DNA of 64,000 nucleotides from Trichoplax adhaerens (taxonomy: Eukaryota; Animalia; Placozoa). The stretch lies in NCBI RefSeq assembly GCF_000150275.1, contig NW_002060981.1, forward strand, positions 124,001-188,000, in the 5' to 3' direction. This document shows, one piece after another, positions 45,396-60,100 of this stretch (position 1 is the stretch's first letter; every line of letters starts with the position of its first letter). The notes beneath the pieces were generated by a model. That model was not told where the DNA came from. It saw only the letters and a program-made list of their open reading frames with translations, and searched no databases. Position numbers and translations under genes: made by a program.

Positions 45396-45625
45396 CAGTA
45401 CTGGACTGTACACTATATAGTCCATTTTTTTTACCTCTACAGTACCGTATTGTACAGTACAGTACTGTATGGTACAGTCTACAGTACAGTATACAGTACT
45501 GTACTGTAGTACTGTACTGTAGAGGTAAAAGTCTTACTGTGCAGTACAGTACAGTACTGTAATGTACTGTACTGTATACTGTACTGTACTGTACAGTGAG
45601 TGCACACTGTACTGTACATTGTACA
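45396..45625. repeat. TACAG/CTGTA pentamer array upstream of RPL19
   Basis: TGTACAGTACAGTACTGTATGGTACAG...GTACTGTACTGTACAGTG, 150-400 bp upstream of the RPL19 start. Confidence 0.85.
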
Positions 45626-46984
45626 ATTCCGTTGGAGATTTTCTGGACCATGAGGTTGCTGCTACCGCCAGTGCTCGAGTAAAAGCAAACAATCGATGCA
45701 CAATTGCGCATGACTTTTCTAAACGGTGAGTCGACTCAGTATGTCTGCTGTGTTGGAGAGAGAGAGAAGGACGCGGAATGGCACTGCGTAGGTGTAGCAA
45801 AACCAATGTGCCAGCTCATTGGTTACTACATTCAACCCAGTATAGTGCACACTAGAGACCCTCTATCAAACTATCCGCTATCAGGTCTTTCATGAGCTAG
45901 CCACAGCCAGGTGGGGAAGTGTGACAGTGTTATATACTGTATTAGCGTAGAAATATCTACGTTAGGATAATTTTGTTAGCCTATCCTTATTTAGTTAACT
46001 TCTAATTTGGATATAATGTGTTTTAATATAGCACTGGCTTTTTATGACAGTGACACATGTAGACATACTGAAATCAATAGTTATATTGGGGAATGCGAAT
46101 GATCTACTTACAGTTCGAATCATGTGATTGTAACTTACTTATGGTAGATTTTAAATTATCGTGGAAATGTCTCGTGATAGGACATATCGCAAGCTGACTA
46201 TTCTGTATTAGTCATCAGATGTCCATGTTCGTAAATACAGTTATCTTAATTAGGGAGCAATAGCTAAAATTAATGTCTAATTCAGTGAATGATTCCAAAG
46301 TTAATCGTACTAACTATGACTCATGAACTATTGAGGAAGAGTATACAAATGCAGTATATGGTGCAATAAAGTTAATTCTTAAACTTAGTGTTTAAAGTAA
46401 AATACGAGGCGTCTAAATCTTTGTCTAGTCTGTTAGTAGAGCAGAAGTGTTCCTGATAGTGCTGATATCGTTCCTTGATACGTGGTTCAAGCAATTGACT
46501 TCTTGATCGTACGTTATCTTGTTACAAAGCTATTTTGTGACACCGACATAAACGGACATTGTCACATCCATTTCTACATATCAGAGAAACAATGAAATAG
46601 AGAATATTTATATTAAATTAACCTATTTATTCTCTTCGATACGAACACAGAGTGGATGCGTTTTAAATCTAGGCAACCTGCATATCTTGCTCGTTAATAG
46701 TATGCATAAGCTGTTCCAAGATCATTTATAATGCCAGGATATAATTAACAATAATAATATACTCGTACATTGTGCATATGCTATTCGAATGTTGTGATTT
46801 GTGAATATGTTTCGTTGCATATTATACATAAATAATACATCATTATTGAATATTTATTTATATTTTAACGAGCTGTACCATAATTGTCATGAACTTGTCA
46901 ACATACGAATAAATGACATATAGTTGTTAACACAGTATAAGTCATGCATCAATAACGTAAAATGGATAACCATGCAACGTAATT

Positions 46985-47190
46985 GTTAAATAGAGAATTA
47001 CGATTTAGTTAATGATAACATACAGTAATCGTTTCAAAGTTGTCAATATAGTGAATCATCCAGCAATAGTTATAAATACAGCATACGCTATGCTTAATGC
47101 ATCAATAACCTTGGGATAAAATTTTAGTTACCTTTATTGATTGGGCTTATCATCTACCGAGGCGGAAATGACATTAGCCTGACGCATTCT
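46985..47190 (-). pseudogene. Decayed duplicate of the LRR-GPCR C-terminal tail and 3'UTR
   Basis: Colinear with 47985-48185, e.g. ATACGCTATGCTTAATGCATCAATAACCTT vs ATACGCTACGCATAATGCATCAATAACCTT. Translates RQANVISASVDDKPNQ* vs RKTNVLSVTVDEKISNIND*. Confidence 0.65.
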
Positions 47191-48118
47191 GCTATTCTAC
47201 GTTATAATGCTGCTTTATGTAACAATTATACTTTCAAAACACACCACTGCTATTGACTGAAATCTCTGCAGATCCTTTGTCGCACACCAACTCTGCGACA
47301 AGGGAACATAAAGTAAAAGTCTATTAGCAATTTTCTGACTTAAACGCTCTTTTACTAAACGTAAAACATATAGTAAAGTTCTGTAAAATTGAAGAATTTT
47401 ATTAGCCTAGCCACATTCATTACACAATTATACTTGAATTGTTCCCGTTTATATAGGAACCATCTAACTTGTGAACTGTAATCTAATCATTTTACCTTAC
47501 TAGAAAAGGCGTACCAAACTGAAATATTCGTAACATAGCTTTTTATCAATATACAATTTTTTTGTTTACTACCAAATTTATTGATCTATTTAATATATAT
47601 GTGTGTTTATTACTTTAAATATATTCCAGTACATACAACACGATTTACTGTATACAGTGTACAGTCTAGATATAAGTATTATATTTGCATACAATCTCGT
47701 TTGTTAAACATACATGTGTAAATACACTTAATTAAGAATTAGAGGAGTTATTAATGCCAGCATATATTCTGTAGATAGCATTTAGATTATTATTGTACTT
47801 TATATGGTGTAAGCCATGGAGATGGTCTTGATATTATGCATCATGTACAGTACCTATCAGCGAGCATCACTCTTAATTAATAGATCTACAATAAAGCAAA
47901 GCGTTGATAATAGATATATTAGAACTCTCAACTCTGTAACAGTTGCTTGTTGATAATAAAGTAAACTTTTCGAAGACCATCTATTAAATGACGGGGCTAT
48001 GATTTAGTGAATTATAATGCCATTATCTCAAATTTATCAACACATCGAAAAATCGAGTAATAATTGTAAAGATAGTATACGCTACGCATAATGCATCAAT
48101 AACCTTAAGATATAATTT

Positions 48119-51100
48119 TTAGTCATTAATATTACTGATCTTTTCATCTACAGTAACTGAAAGTACATTAGTTTTCCGTAACTTAGCGGTAAATGCACTA
48201 GGCACAGTTCCAGTGATATTAGCGTTGATACGAGCTGATCGTATTTTTCTTAAAAAGGTTGGACTAGTTAGTGTATAGAGACAAGGGTTCACGGCTGAAT
48301 TGATAGGCAACGCGAATATAATGATAAATTGCAGTGTAATTATATTTACATCTTCTGAATATGTTAATTGTAATAAAGTCATTATATAAAATGGTAACCA
48401 ACTGATTAAATCTGTCACCAAGATTAAAAGTAGTCGAATTGCCATAGCTTTATCATTAGCAGTATTTGATTTGGCAACATTTTTATGACTCTGTTGTACT
48501 GTCAAAAATATTTGTATATATAATAGTGCTGTAATAATCCAGCAACATATGGTTACAGCAATAAAGGCTACAAGCCAGTTGGCAAACGTGGAATTTGTAA
48601 GATTACTCGCCATACAGATACTACTGTATCCATATAATCGGTTCTCTGCCGAAGCGTTGATACTGCTCATAGCTGGTACACCAACGAAGATAGAACAGAA
48701 TATCCACAATGTGCACACAGTTGCTATTGCAGCTTTGGCATTAAACCTATGTCTTGAAAATGGATGGACAATACAAAACCATCTATCGAGACTGATTAAT
48801 AGCATCATAAAGACAGACATTAGGCTAGATACACAACACAGAAAGCATGCAAATGCGCAATAACCACTTGAAAGCCATGACTCCGACAATTGTGCAAATC
48901 TTCCTGTGTAGTATCCATCGGCAATAGCAATAATAAGTAAATAAATAGACATAACGAAATCTGCTATTGCTAGATTAGATATTAAAATGCGAGGGACATT
49001 ATTGCCGTGACTTTTACTTTCAAACTTATGTAAAGCAAGAACTAGGATATTGCCGATGAAAGCGAAACAGCCCACAATCCATATGAATAGCTGTAGAGAT
49101 ACGTGTGATAAAAGGTTATGGCACGTGGAGAAAGATCCTTTCTGTTCATACGGTTGACAGGTAGTAACTTTAGCAGGCACCATGCAGCATAAATAACTTC
49201 GAGTAGATAATCTAGAAAATAATAAATATGCAATGCATTCTTTAGATAAAAGTGTAAGGATCAGATGTTAGAATTATAATCATGGGAAGATAACGTATTG
49301 AACCCGGCACTGAATGATTTCTCATAGTATCTAGATTTCGCCAGGTAGCATAAGATAGACTGTACACTAGTTGTTTTGCTACTTGATTTATACACGTTAG
49401 TTAAAGGTAAGGTCGGTCCTAAAGGACCATATTATCTAAATAGTGATAAAAATTGATATTCAGGTAATGGAACAACAGATTAATTTATAATGCAATTGGG
49501 TTGCATAATTTAATTTTAGTGAAGATGCTAATTAACTTTGGCTTCCTACGCTCATCAGTAGTTCGAGTCGTACATTAGATATGTTACAGGAAGAGTGTGG
49601 GCGGCTGTTGACTAGATATTTGTTTATTATCAAAATAATGTCGCAACCCTCTGGTAGCAAAAATACTGCGCATCATTGTGGGTAAACTAGTCACTTAATT
49701 TATATCTGTACTTACACTGTTTGTAATGCAATAGCACCTGCAAATGAATCAGAAGTTATGAAGGTCAAGGAATTGTCTTTCAACGACCTGAAATAATATA
49801 TTACAATTAGTGTTAGCACATGATTAATATTACGACATTATTTCGTATTTCAATATTTTACAGTTTTAAAGAATTATACAATCGTCTATAGTCAATGAAT
49901 TGATAAGTTAACAAAGAGAATTAAAAAAATTACTTATACTATGCAGGTTTGTGTAAATGAGCATCTTTGATAGATAAAAGCAATAAACTTACAGTACTGC
50001 TAAAGTTCGCAGATTTGAAAAGCAATCTGTTATTAGATTCCTAATGCCATTGCGATCTAGATATCTGATTATTTTTTATGAATGTTTTATAGAAAAACAT
50101 AAGATGAATTTTCTTTAAATCAATTAAGAATGGTTTAAATATAAAAATAAGTAATAGCTGATCTGCTATCATTAACTTACAGGTTAGTTACACCAGGAAA
50201 AAGATACTGGAATTCGGTTTTGCAAATATCAACTAATGAATTGTTCGACATATTGCTATAAAATTAAAAAATAAAAAGTATCTTTTATATGTAGATTAAT
50301 AGATTGCATTACAGATTTTTCAACATACAGTATACATGACATATCAAGATAATAAAATTAAATTAAAGGATATATTGGTCATTTTCATACACTGTTTTAA
50401 GGCCGCTGAAGGCCAGAGTGTATTTGTTGCTAAATGTCTTTAATCCATTATTGGCCATGTTTCTAACAAATTTATACAAGTTATTATGATAAGTATTTGA
50501 GTGCAGTAAAATTATACGATTTAGTATGGATATCTGATGTGATATCTAGAAGTTCGTGATTATTGTAACCTTAATTTTGGTTAAATGATTTTTACTTAAA
50601 TAAGTTAATAATTATTTTATCGATAAAAAAGATACGATAGCAATTGCTAGTGTGAATTTATATCAGGCGTTCCGACTGATAGATAGTATGCCAGACAGTT
50701 TCTTAACTTACAAATTATTCAGTCTATAGTCATGGCTACGAAATATATCCGATGAATCCATCGTTGTAATATTATTGTTGTTAAAGGTCCTAAAAAAATT
50801 TAGTGATATTTTCACAAAGTTTACCAGCGTGGTTGTTACCGATCCTATAATTAATAACGTTTGCTTTACTTTATCTTTATTAATTAAGAGTACTACTCGC
50901 CTTGTAACATTATGAGTAAGCAACATTTGATAAACAAGGCCGGGCTAAGATATACAAAGCCCGGCGTACTAATTATGATTTCAGTAGTCCGCTATTTAGT
51001 CTTCTGATCTTAGAGTTGCAATATATTGTGTTGCAATATACTGTTCGCGTATATTGTGCAGTCAGTCTAGAATATAAGATCATTTTTTGCTATATAAAGT

Positions 51101-54100
51101 AATGTAATCTACGCCTGCTATGGGTAGCTTTGTCTGCTTAATGCTGAAGACTAGTATCTACGGTACAATTGTAAACTAGTATGTTTAATCTAGATCTTTA
51201 GGCTGATAGCTTAATATAAGTAATTTTTGACGATATTATATTGCTGTAAAGCACTTACAATGATTGGATGGTATTTCGTAAATTTCTGAAGGCCTCTGGA
51301 AATTCTTGAAGGTTATTACCAGCGAAGTTACTGTGTAATTGTCGAATAGGATTTAAGTTATTTCCATTTATTTGCATTATAACGTCAGCACTATAATCTT
51401 AGACTAATATAAATATCGCATTACACCCTTTCATTATTTACAATTTATAATAGTTGAAGACACACACGGATTCTTGGTGTATCTGTTCATTTGAAACTCC
51501 ATCAAGTAGGCAATTAAACAGATTTCTAGAACGTAACGATTGTATTTTTTGACGGATCACCATTTTAGTCAGGTTATTATAACTAAAATCACTGAAAAAG
51601 CAATAAAAAAGATCCATTATGCTAAAGGATTTTTAATATTCATGTTAGAATGAATCCTATCTGAAAGAGATGTTGACATATCTAAGGTAGGAATGAATTT
51701 GTATTAGAGCCATTACAACTTGTGACTTCAATTTTTAGAGAACAAACTGGCATGTCTACTGAATGAAGAAATTCTCTTTCCGATTTCAAAGAAAAATTGA
51801 AGCAATACTCCATATTAATAGTATAGAATTCGGAGATTGATCCTGTTGCTCTGTGTTACACTACAGTATTTTCTATGTCGAATTACTAAGGTAATGAAAT
51901 AATTGTTCTAAACGTGTCGTGTTTGGAGTAGCTATATTAAAAATGATTAGTTCTTATTGACAGTGAATATGCATGTAAATCTAAACTAAAAAATAATAAT
52001 ATGTCTCTCATGATCTAACTACATACTACATGTATTCATTCTTCGATAAAACCAAATATTGATAATCTAGTCAACAGACTAATGGAGGTGTAAGGTGATA
52101 TTGTAAGCGCTAAAGTATGGATTTCTACTTAGATAATCCACAAATTAGCTAGTGTAATAACAGATAAGAATTAAAGCATGGAATACGATATCATCAAAGT
52201 ATTAACAATCCCAATACTAGTAGAAATTAATAATTGTAACGCATATAATACAAAAATATCTTTCGATCTTGAAGAGTTATGGACTTACATTGATCTTAGT
52301 CTAAAACGTAGTAAATTTACTACTAGTTGAGAAATATCTTCTATGCCGTTGCCAGCTAAGTACCTAGAATAATCAGAATATCAATAAAATCTTGCCAAAT
52401 TCAATATTTGAGCCTCCTGTTTAAATGGTGTTCATATTATTAAGAGAATAGTTTTGCTAGAGTAAAATTTCCTTAATTTTTTGGGCTGCTTACACTTCCT
52501 CAACTTTCATTGTATTGGTTAAAATATCTTCTGCAATAACACTTTGGTAATGAGATAGTCCATTATAGCTAAAGTCACTATAAGTATGAAAAATTGTAAA
52601 GACACCATTAATGGACTGCTTTATAAGATTAAACATTTAAAATTTGTATGATTGATAAACGGATGCAAACTAGGTGCATTACAAAGATTTTAGTCTTCCA
52701 AAAGTTGGCCAGCAGTTAGACATGATTTTTGAAAAATTATTTCGAGCTACATGCCTAGATAATAAATATAAGCCATTGTACAAATTAGGCATTAAACAGG
52801 GCATACCATAATACCATTCGTTGATATCTGGCTATAATGTATGAGTTGTAGCATGAATATATAGCTACTGTTCTTAACTGAAATCATTACACTGGCACAA
52901 AGTCTAGTAAGTTGCATTACGCTGGTACGATATATAAATACGGAAATTAAACAATTCTTGAGCAGCCAGTCTCAAAATTTACCAAGTTGTAAGAAAAATA
53001 TTAGATTTTAAGGGCAGACAGTCAAGTTTCTGAAGCCGGTTAGAATTCAATGAACTGCAATAAATGATTAATACTGAGCATGCAGCATCGGTAATCAACT
53101 TATTTTGACATAAGTATGGGTAAGAATCATTGAATACTTACAGCTTCGTCAAATATCGGAGGGATCTAAAGCCATCATCACTTATAGAGGCTATTGAATT
53201 TCGTTCTAAATATCTATGAATCATAATAAAATTGTAGCATTACATATCTAAACCATTAGTACTTAAGCTAGATATATTAAATGAATATTATTAATATCTT
53301 TGTAAGAAGCACTATTTTTATCCCTACTATAGAACGATAGCTTAGTAAATGGTGCCCAATATTAGCAGATAAAATAGTTTATTATTTGAAACTATTTTTG
53401 GACATTGCAGTTATAAAATTAGACACATAAGCTGCCCAGCTGTCGACTGTAAAAATTATTCACTAACAGCTGTCCTATTGCTTAATTATAATTTCTGACA
53501 TCACTAGTCGTCTCTGGTCTAGCGCCGCCATCCTACTTATGATTATCGGGAATTCACTATAGAACCTATTTTCCGATAATCTTTTAATGTAAGTTCAAAA
53601 CAAATCTATCTAGGCTAGTTATAAGCTAAGAAGCAATCACGCTATGCAGCAGCAAGTGATCTAATTCATAATATATAACATTATTAGTGAATAGAAATAT
53701 TTTATACGGCTTCAATCTCATGATAGCATAAAACGACTGAGTCCTCTATAATGAAATTATGAAAACTGCCCAATTATTATCAATTTTATGTGCGTTTGAA
53801 AGCTAGTTACAACTTTAAACGTTACTTACAGTTCCTTAAGTTGTTTTAAGGTTGCAAAGATACTGTCAATATAAGAAAGCTTATTTCCGTTAAGATTCCT
53901 ATATTACAAGAACAATAAAAGTTTAGTAATGAATGAAGGTAGCTAATAGGCTTTCGAATATTAAAATGGAAATAGAAAAACATCGTTGTAGCTTGCCACG
54001 ATACGATCTATGCATATTTTAATCCTACAGTTTACAATCATTTATATTTTTAGAAACAAGTAGCATCTATTTACATCTGCGTAGTCTCTTGATACAGATT

Positions 54101-57100
54101 AGATTTAAGGCTATTATTTTGATCTGTTCAGAAGTACATATGCTTAGTGCCAGAAAACACTTACAGGACAGCTAGTTTAGACAAGTGATTTTGAAAAATA
54201 TCTTTGGTAATTATTATTTCACAATCTTCTAAAATTCTTTTAGAAAATAAATAATGGGATTAATTAAATACTAATAGTGAAAAATTCCCGTATAGTTACA
54301 AATATTAGTGTAATATTGAGAACTTCTTATATTCATTTGAATGAATTTGCTTTATAGGGATATGGCTTACAATGTCGTAAGTGAACTCAGTCCTTTAAAT
54401 GAATTATTATGCAAATTCAAATTTACATTTTCAGATAAGTCCCTACAAATTCGTAATTGTCAGCATGATCAGTTACAGATACTAAGTGCAAAGGCATACA
54501 TAGAGCATTATTAAGCGATGAAAAAGTGCCATAAAGTAAATAATGATAAAAATTTACGAATAAATTAGATCGACATAGGTATAGTATACGTACAAGGTCA
54601 ACAGCCTAGTAGCGTTCAGAAATACATTATTCGATATCGATTTAATACGGTTTTGTCCGAGATCACTATATTGGTATTAATTGTTAGCGATTGAATTGCA
54701 ATACATTAACAGAAATTTTATACTAAATTTAAAATAAGAATCGGCTGTGAAGATTACAGATTTTCAATGGCAGACATAGCCTGAAATTCTGCAACAGGAA
54801 TCACTTTGATGTTGTTTTTCCGTAAATTTCTACATATATGAGACATAGTTAGTAAAGAACAGAAAAATCCAAATTATTATCGATTCCAACTTAATTTAAT
54901 TACTACATTCTTAAGAATTAATAACTCTATAACCAATTTTTTATGGTGCGTTGATGATAAATGTACATAAAAATTTACGAAATTGTATTATTTAGCAAAT
55001 CCATCAGATTACTAATCATCATGAATTTGACGATTAATTATAATGATACATTTACATAGATTTCCACTGAATTTTGCTTTCCTTACTTTAGGAACTAAGA
55101 GCTCTTAGATCTATTAGAATCTAGGATATCTTAACTTGCTCTTAATTATCGTACTTTTTTGTAGCTACTTACGTATGGATAATACATTCTACTGAAATAT
55201 TTAGTGTTCAAAGATTTCAATTTCATTTTAATTTTATGTATTAACGATAGTTATAAGGCTATAATATGCCAATCTTAAATGTATATTTTATATCGTAGCC
55301 GTCATATATTGATATAAATGGATTTTAAATTCAATGTTTGAAACAATAAATGATCTTACAGGGCTTTTACGGTAGATAATCCAAATATAAAATTTATGTT
55401 TTCTAGAGAATTTTCTTGCAATATTCTGTAAAAATGTCAAAACGAAATCATTTACAGCTGCTTTGGGTATTTATTTTTATTAGAAATTATGTAATACGAA
55501 AGTAAGCGTAAGGAGAAAGCACGTTATTTTAAGATTCTGGAGTAATTAAATAATATAAATTATAAATTGAATAATGCAAGATGTTACTGATTGTCATTGT
55601 AGTGTTAATATTTGATAAATAAGATGCAATAATCTACTGGTTACGTTGAAATAATGCGATTAAATGCTTATGATGAACTGTCTAAAGCTTACAAGGTCGT
55701 TAACGAATAATTGGCCAAGGTGAAGACATTATCGTTAATTGATCTCATCCTATTTGATGACAAGTTTCTGTAAGGATAAATTATTGAAACTTATCATGTA
55801 AGTAATCTGTAGTATTTTCCAGAATAATTTTTATTATGTAGTACTTTAATGCTGAAAGATTAACGACAGCAGTAACTTACAGCACTTTTAGATTAGGTAA
55901 AGATTGAAATTGTTTTGCAAATTGGCTTGTCATGCTATTAATTCGATTTTTGCTTAAATCTCTAAACGTATTATGTTGAATAGAATTATATAATACAATT
56001 GGTAATTCCATATAACATCAACCTTAAAGGTAGTTGACTTTGCCTCACTCACAGTTCACTTAACGATGTTATATTTGCTAAAGGTATCCGGGAAAATTTG
56101 CTTATAACATTATCTGAAAGATTTCTAAAATTTTTTTCGATTATTGAAAAGCTGTAACATTAATTACAATCTATAACAGATTCTAAATGAATACGCATAC
56201 TTACAAAGATTTTATATTTCTCACTTCAAATGAGTTAATGTTTTCTATAGAGTTGCTTGATAAATCACTATTAAAAAAGAATTATTAAAAAAATAAGTTA
56301 AGAAGAATTATTAAGATAATTATTTTGCAGCACACAACATAAGATACTGTAAGATGATGTGATTGATTAACTGAAGAGTACAAGCATGTGAGGTAAATAG
56401 GAACATTTTGCACTTTACATTACATTTTAGTGAAATTAGATTGTGAAATGGAAACGTTCCAGTTGACATTCACGGTACCGGTCTTAGATAAACCCCTAAA
56501 TAGATGTTAAGGGAAAGATCGTCAAGGAAATGAATTACAGAATGTTGAGAACCAACATTATCGTAGATTAGGTAGAAAACTAAAGAATAGATAGTTTTAT
56601 TAACAAGCCGCTAATTGTTCAGTAAGAAATTTGTACGGCATATTTTATATTTAAGAGAAGTGCTATCATTTAAAAGCACTTGTTAAGGCATTTACACTAT
56701 CATGTATGGTATGTTTTCATTTATTAATGCAGATTTTATCCATATTGCAATAAATCATGCTGTGATACTTGATCAAGAAATAATGATATTGAAAATTTAG
56801 ACAATTCAAATGACTAAGCTAACTAAAAAGAAGAAAGTTATTACTAGCCAGTTATCATGATATTAATAAACGGGCCAAAGACTTTAGAAGATCAGATTAT
56901 CGTCTAGTATTGAGATAGAAACAGAGATTTACTTATTTTATATTAATTGTAAACCGCACTGTCACGGTACGCCGTTACTAATTAAGTAACTGTAAATTAA
57001 TGAATGCTTATGAATAGATAAGATAAGGTTATGTGCTATGTTTTAATGCGCTTGTAGCTGATAATAGGATGGTAGAAATGAGATAAAAATAGAAGTTGTT

Positions 57101-60100
57101 AGCAGTTAATTTACTGTAGGTTTATAAGGTGTGTTAATCTCTAAAAATTGAGCTGTATATGGACGAAGGTTAAGCGTCTTAACACCTGATAGCTTGTAGC
57201 TATCTAAGTCTGAGAATATCGACATGTATATTTAGTAATGGTATTATACTAATTAATGTAACTTGTAAAGCATGAATTCTCACTCGTTAATATTGGAATT
57301 CACTGTAGAAACCTATTTAAGCGCGTGTGTTTGTAGAATAAAGAAAGTAATTGCTCAAGAAACGGCAAGACTCATATCGTGAAGAATAGTGTAATAATTA
57401 GTCAGTTGTCTGTGGAGATCAGCCGAGAAATCGAGTTCTCAAATACTTCTCTCATAGAAACTGAAAGTACTGGGAGAAATAGCCCAAGTTTTAAGTAACT
57501 ACACTAGAGTTCTTTACTTTCCTTTGCCACAAGTGAGGGTTGTGACACGCACATGATGGAAATATAGTTTATTTCGGTTACTTGAACAATGATCACAATA
57601 TTTCTATACAGTATCATAGTTACTATTTCAAATTAAAATTATCCTGGCTATAAATATTAGTATTTTAAGATACTTGCAAGTCTAAGTCTTTGGAATCACC
57701 CGACAAGAGGGACTTTAATTTTGGCAAGCTCTTCAATGGATTTCCATCAAATTTCCTAGTTAAAGTAATTAAATGAAGTTATCAACCTAGTCGCATTAAT
57801 ATTGGTACGTCAAATAAGTCTATTAATGTGATAAAAGTAATTATAAAATATTAATGCAAGGTCAAATTTTGTATTACTTACGCTGACATTAGAGAAGATA
57901 CATTGGATAATAAACCATCAGATAGCTTTGAAATTTGATTCGATCGGACATTACTAGACGATGAGTTGCGAAAGAACGATTTTGGAGCGTTAAAATATTG
58001 GTAACCATAAATTATGAGGAATAAAATATTTGATTTTCTTAAAAAATGATTATTTTAATGATGGAAAGCTACAGTACTAACAGATGTTTCAATTTAGAGA
58101 GTCCCTGGAAATGTTTTCGCGTCAGGTTAGTTAGGAGATTCTCATCTAAATTACTATAGTCAATGGCTCAATTTAGAATTAAATGGTGAATTGGAGATAC
58201 AATGAATCTGTTTTATAATTTATTGTCAACCACATAAACTCAACACCAGTATGCTTAATTTCGGCAAAAACAGATTATAGACCAATTAAATTGATATTAT
58301 TGAAATAATATGTTTGTAAAGTGTCTTGTCCGGAATCTCAGCTCTGTAATAAGGTTCAATTCTAATTTGATAACTTATGTTTCTCTAAACTGAATAAACA
58401 AATAAACTATAGAATGATGAGGAAATTAACTTGGAAAAACATCGCATATTATATTATTAATGGTTTATCAAATGGATTTTGGTGTTACTTATTTCAGATT
58501 CTTGTAAATTACTAATAATCCACACTATGTTAGAATTCATAAAACAGATAATATACTTAATACAAGTATATACGTAAAATGTACTTGTATTGTGTAATAT
58601 GTAAGATATGATTAACTCCATCCTGTAATCTACGTTATTTTGGAACTGGATGATTCCATAACTTACAGATTAGTTACGGCTTTTACTGATAAAAAGGCTT
58701 CTTCCGAAATATGTGAAATTTTACAACCATATAAGCTCCTAAATACGAAGAAATAGGTAATAAAACGACTTATATTAAAGAATTATTTTATTTCGATCAC
58801 TAAATTACGAGACTACCAAATATTAAAAGGGAGAAGAAAAATAAAGATCTGCTTGAGACTTTGAACTAAAGATGGATAGAATTTGGCTTTCAAGTAAGAT
58901 ATATTTTCTTTGAGTATCTTTTTCAGACTCCATTATTACAGATATCTTCTATTGCTAACTATGAATTAGAATTGCATTAAAATACTAAGACCTATTTTCA
59001 TTAAAATTTCCTAAGAATTTGTAATTGCCTTATGGCAATAAATTAATCAATACAGCTAAAATAGATTAATTTCTAGCTAGAAGATATTGATTGAAGATAG
59101 CTTAATGCTTTTAATTTACTTTGAACAATGCTATATTATGAATTACTTCAATTAAGCATTGCTTCGACATACAAAGATGCCTTAGTTATTTCTATTATTT
59201 CCAAACCTCTGGTTTTAAAACTTACAGTATGTGTACTTGATTCAATCCCAAAAATGTTTCTTCGCTTAGATTGCGAAGCAAGTTTGTTGAGAGATCTCTA
59301 AATAAAATTAAACAATTAGAGGGATCGTAGGCTCACCGGTTTATGATATGATAATTTTAATTCATGTTGGCAAACCAATCAATAGACTAACATTTCATAC
59401 AGATTATTCAAGTCCTCAAAACTTCTATCTTCGATTGTCATCATACCGTTACTGAATAAATGTCTATATCATGGGTATTAATAGTTATGATTGAGGTTAA
59501 TTTACCGTAAAGGAGGTACGCTTATCTAAGTAATCTGTTTCAAAGATATTGATAGAACTGAAAAGGTTACTACATTTACAAATAAACTGAAATTTAGAAT
59601 TTAAACAACTTACAGTTGCAGTAGTTTATTTAATCCCTTAAATTGGCTTTGCTTGATATTTTTAAGGTTATTATTTTGTAGTTTTCTATAATTTTAAATC
59701 ACAGGGAAACTTTTATTTGTTATAAAAGTTCTATTACTTCCAATACAATTACTTATAGTAGAATTAAAAATATTCTGCTAATTTTGTCGGCTATAAACCG
59801 GTCCGCGAATTAAAATTTTATAATGTAGCATACAATATTCCAAGCTCCGTCAAGTTTTGAAATGAGCCAGGCTCGATGTCGGTCAGTTCGTTTCTATTTA
59901 TATATCTGAATACCCCAAAATTTAAGTTTTCAGAAAGATTATTTAAATAAAAGCCAGATAGGTTTCATTAACTTAAATTTAGTTCCTAATATCCGTTATT
60001 ACTTACAAGGATTTTAAAGATTGCAAACCACTAAGGCTATGTAATCCGATACTGATAATCTTATTACCGGTTAGCTTTCTATATATAAGATCAATTTACT

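Noticed and set aside
45073-45895. 212-aa ORF 45073-45711 and neighbouring ORFs
   Set aside because: They run through the TACAG array, the RPL19 promoter and the first exon/intron; spurious.
48549-48863. Plus-strand 104-aa ORF
   Set aside because: Antisense shadow of the 7TM exon; 4006-4194, 33055-33264, 33581-33814, 22443-22649 and 24481-24669 are rejected for the same reason.
55173-55260. Additional LRR exon suggested by a GTAAG donor
   Set aside because: Stops occur in the phase 2-2 frame, so it was not counted.
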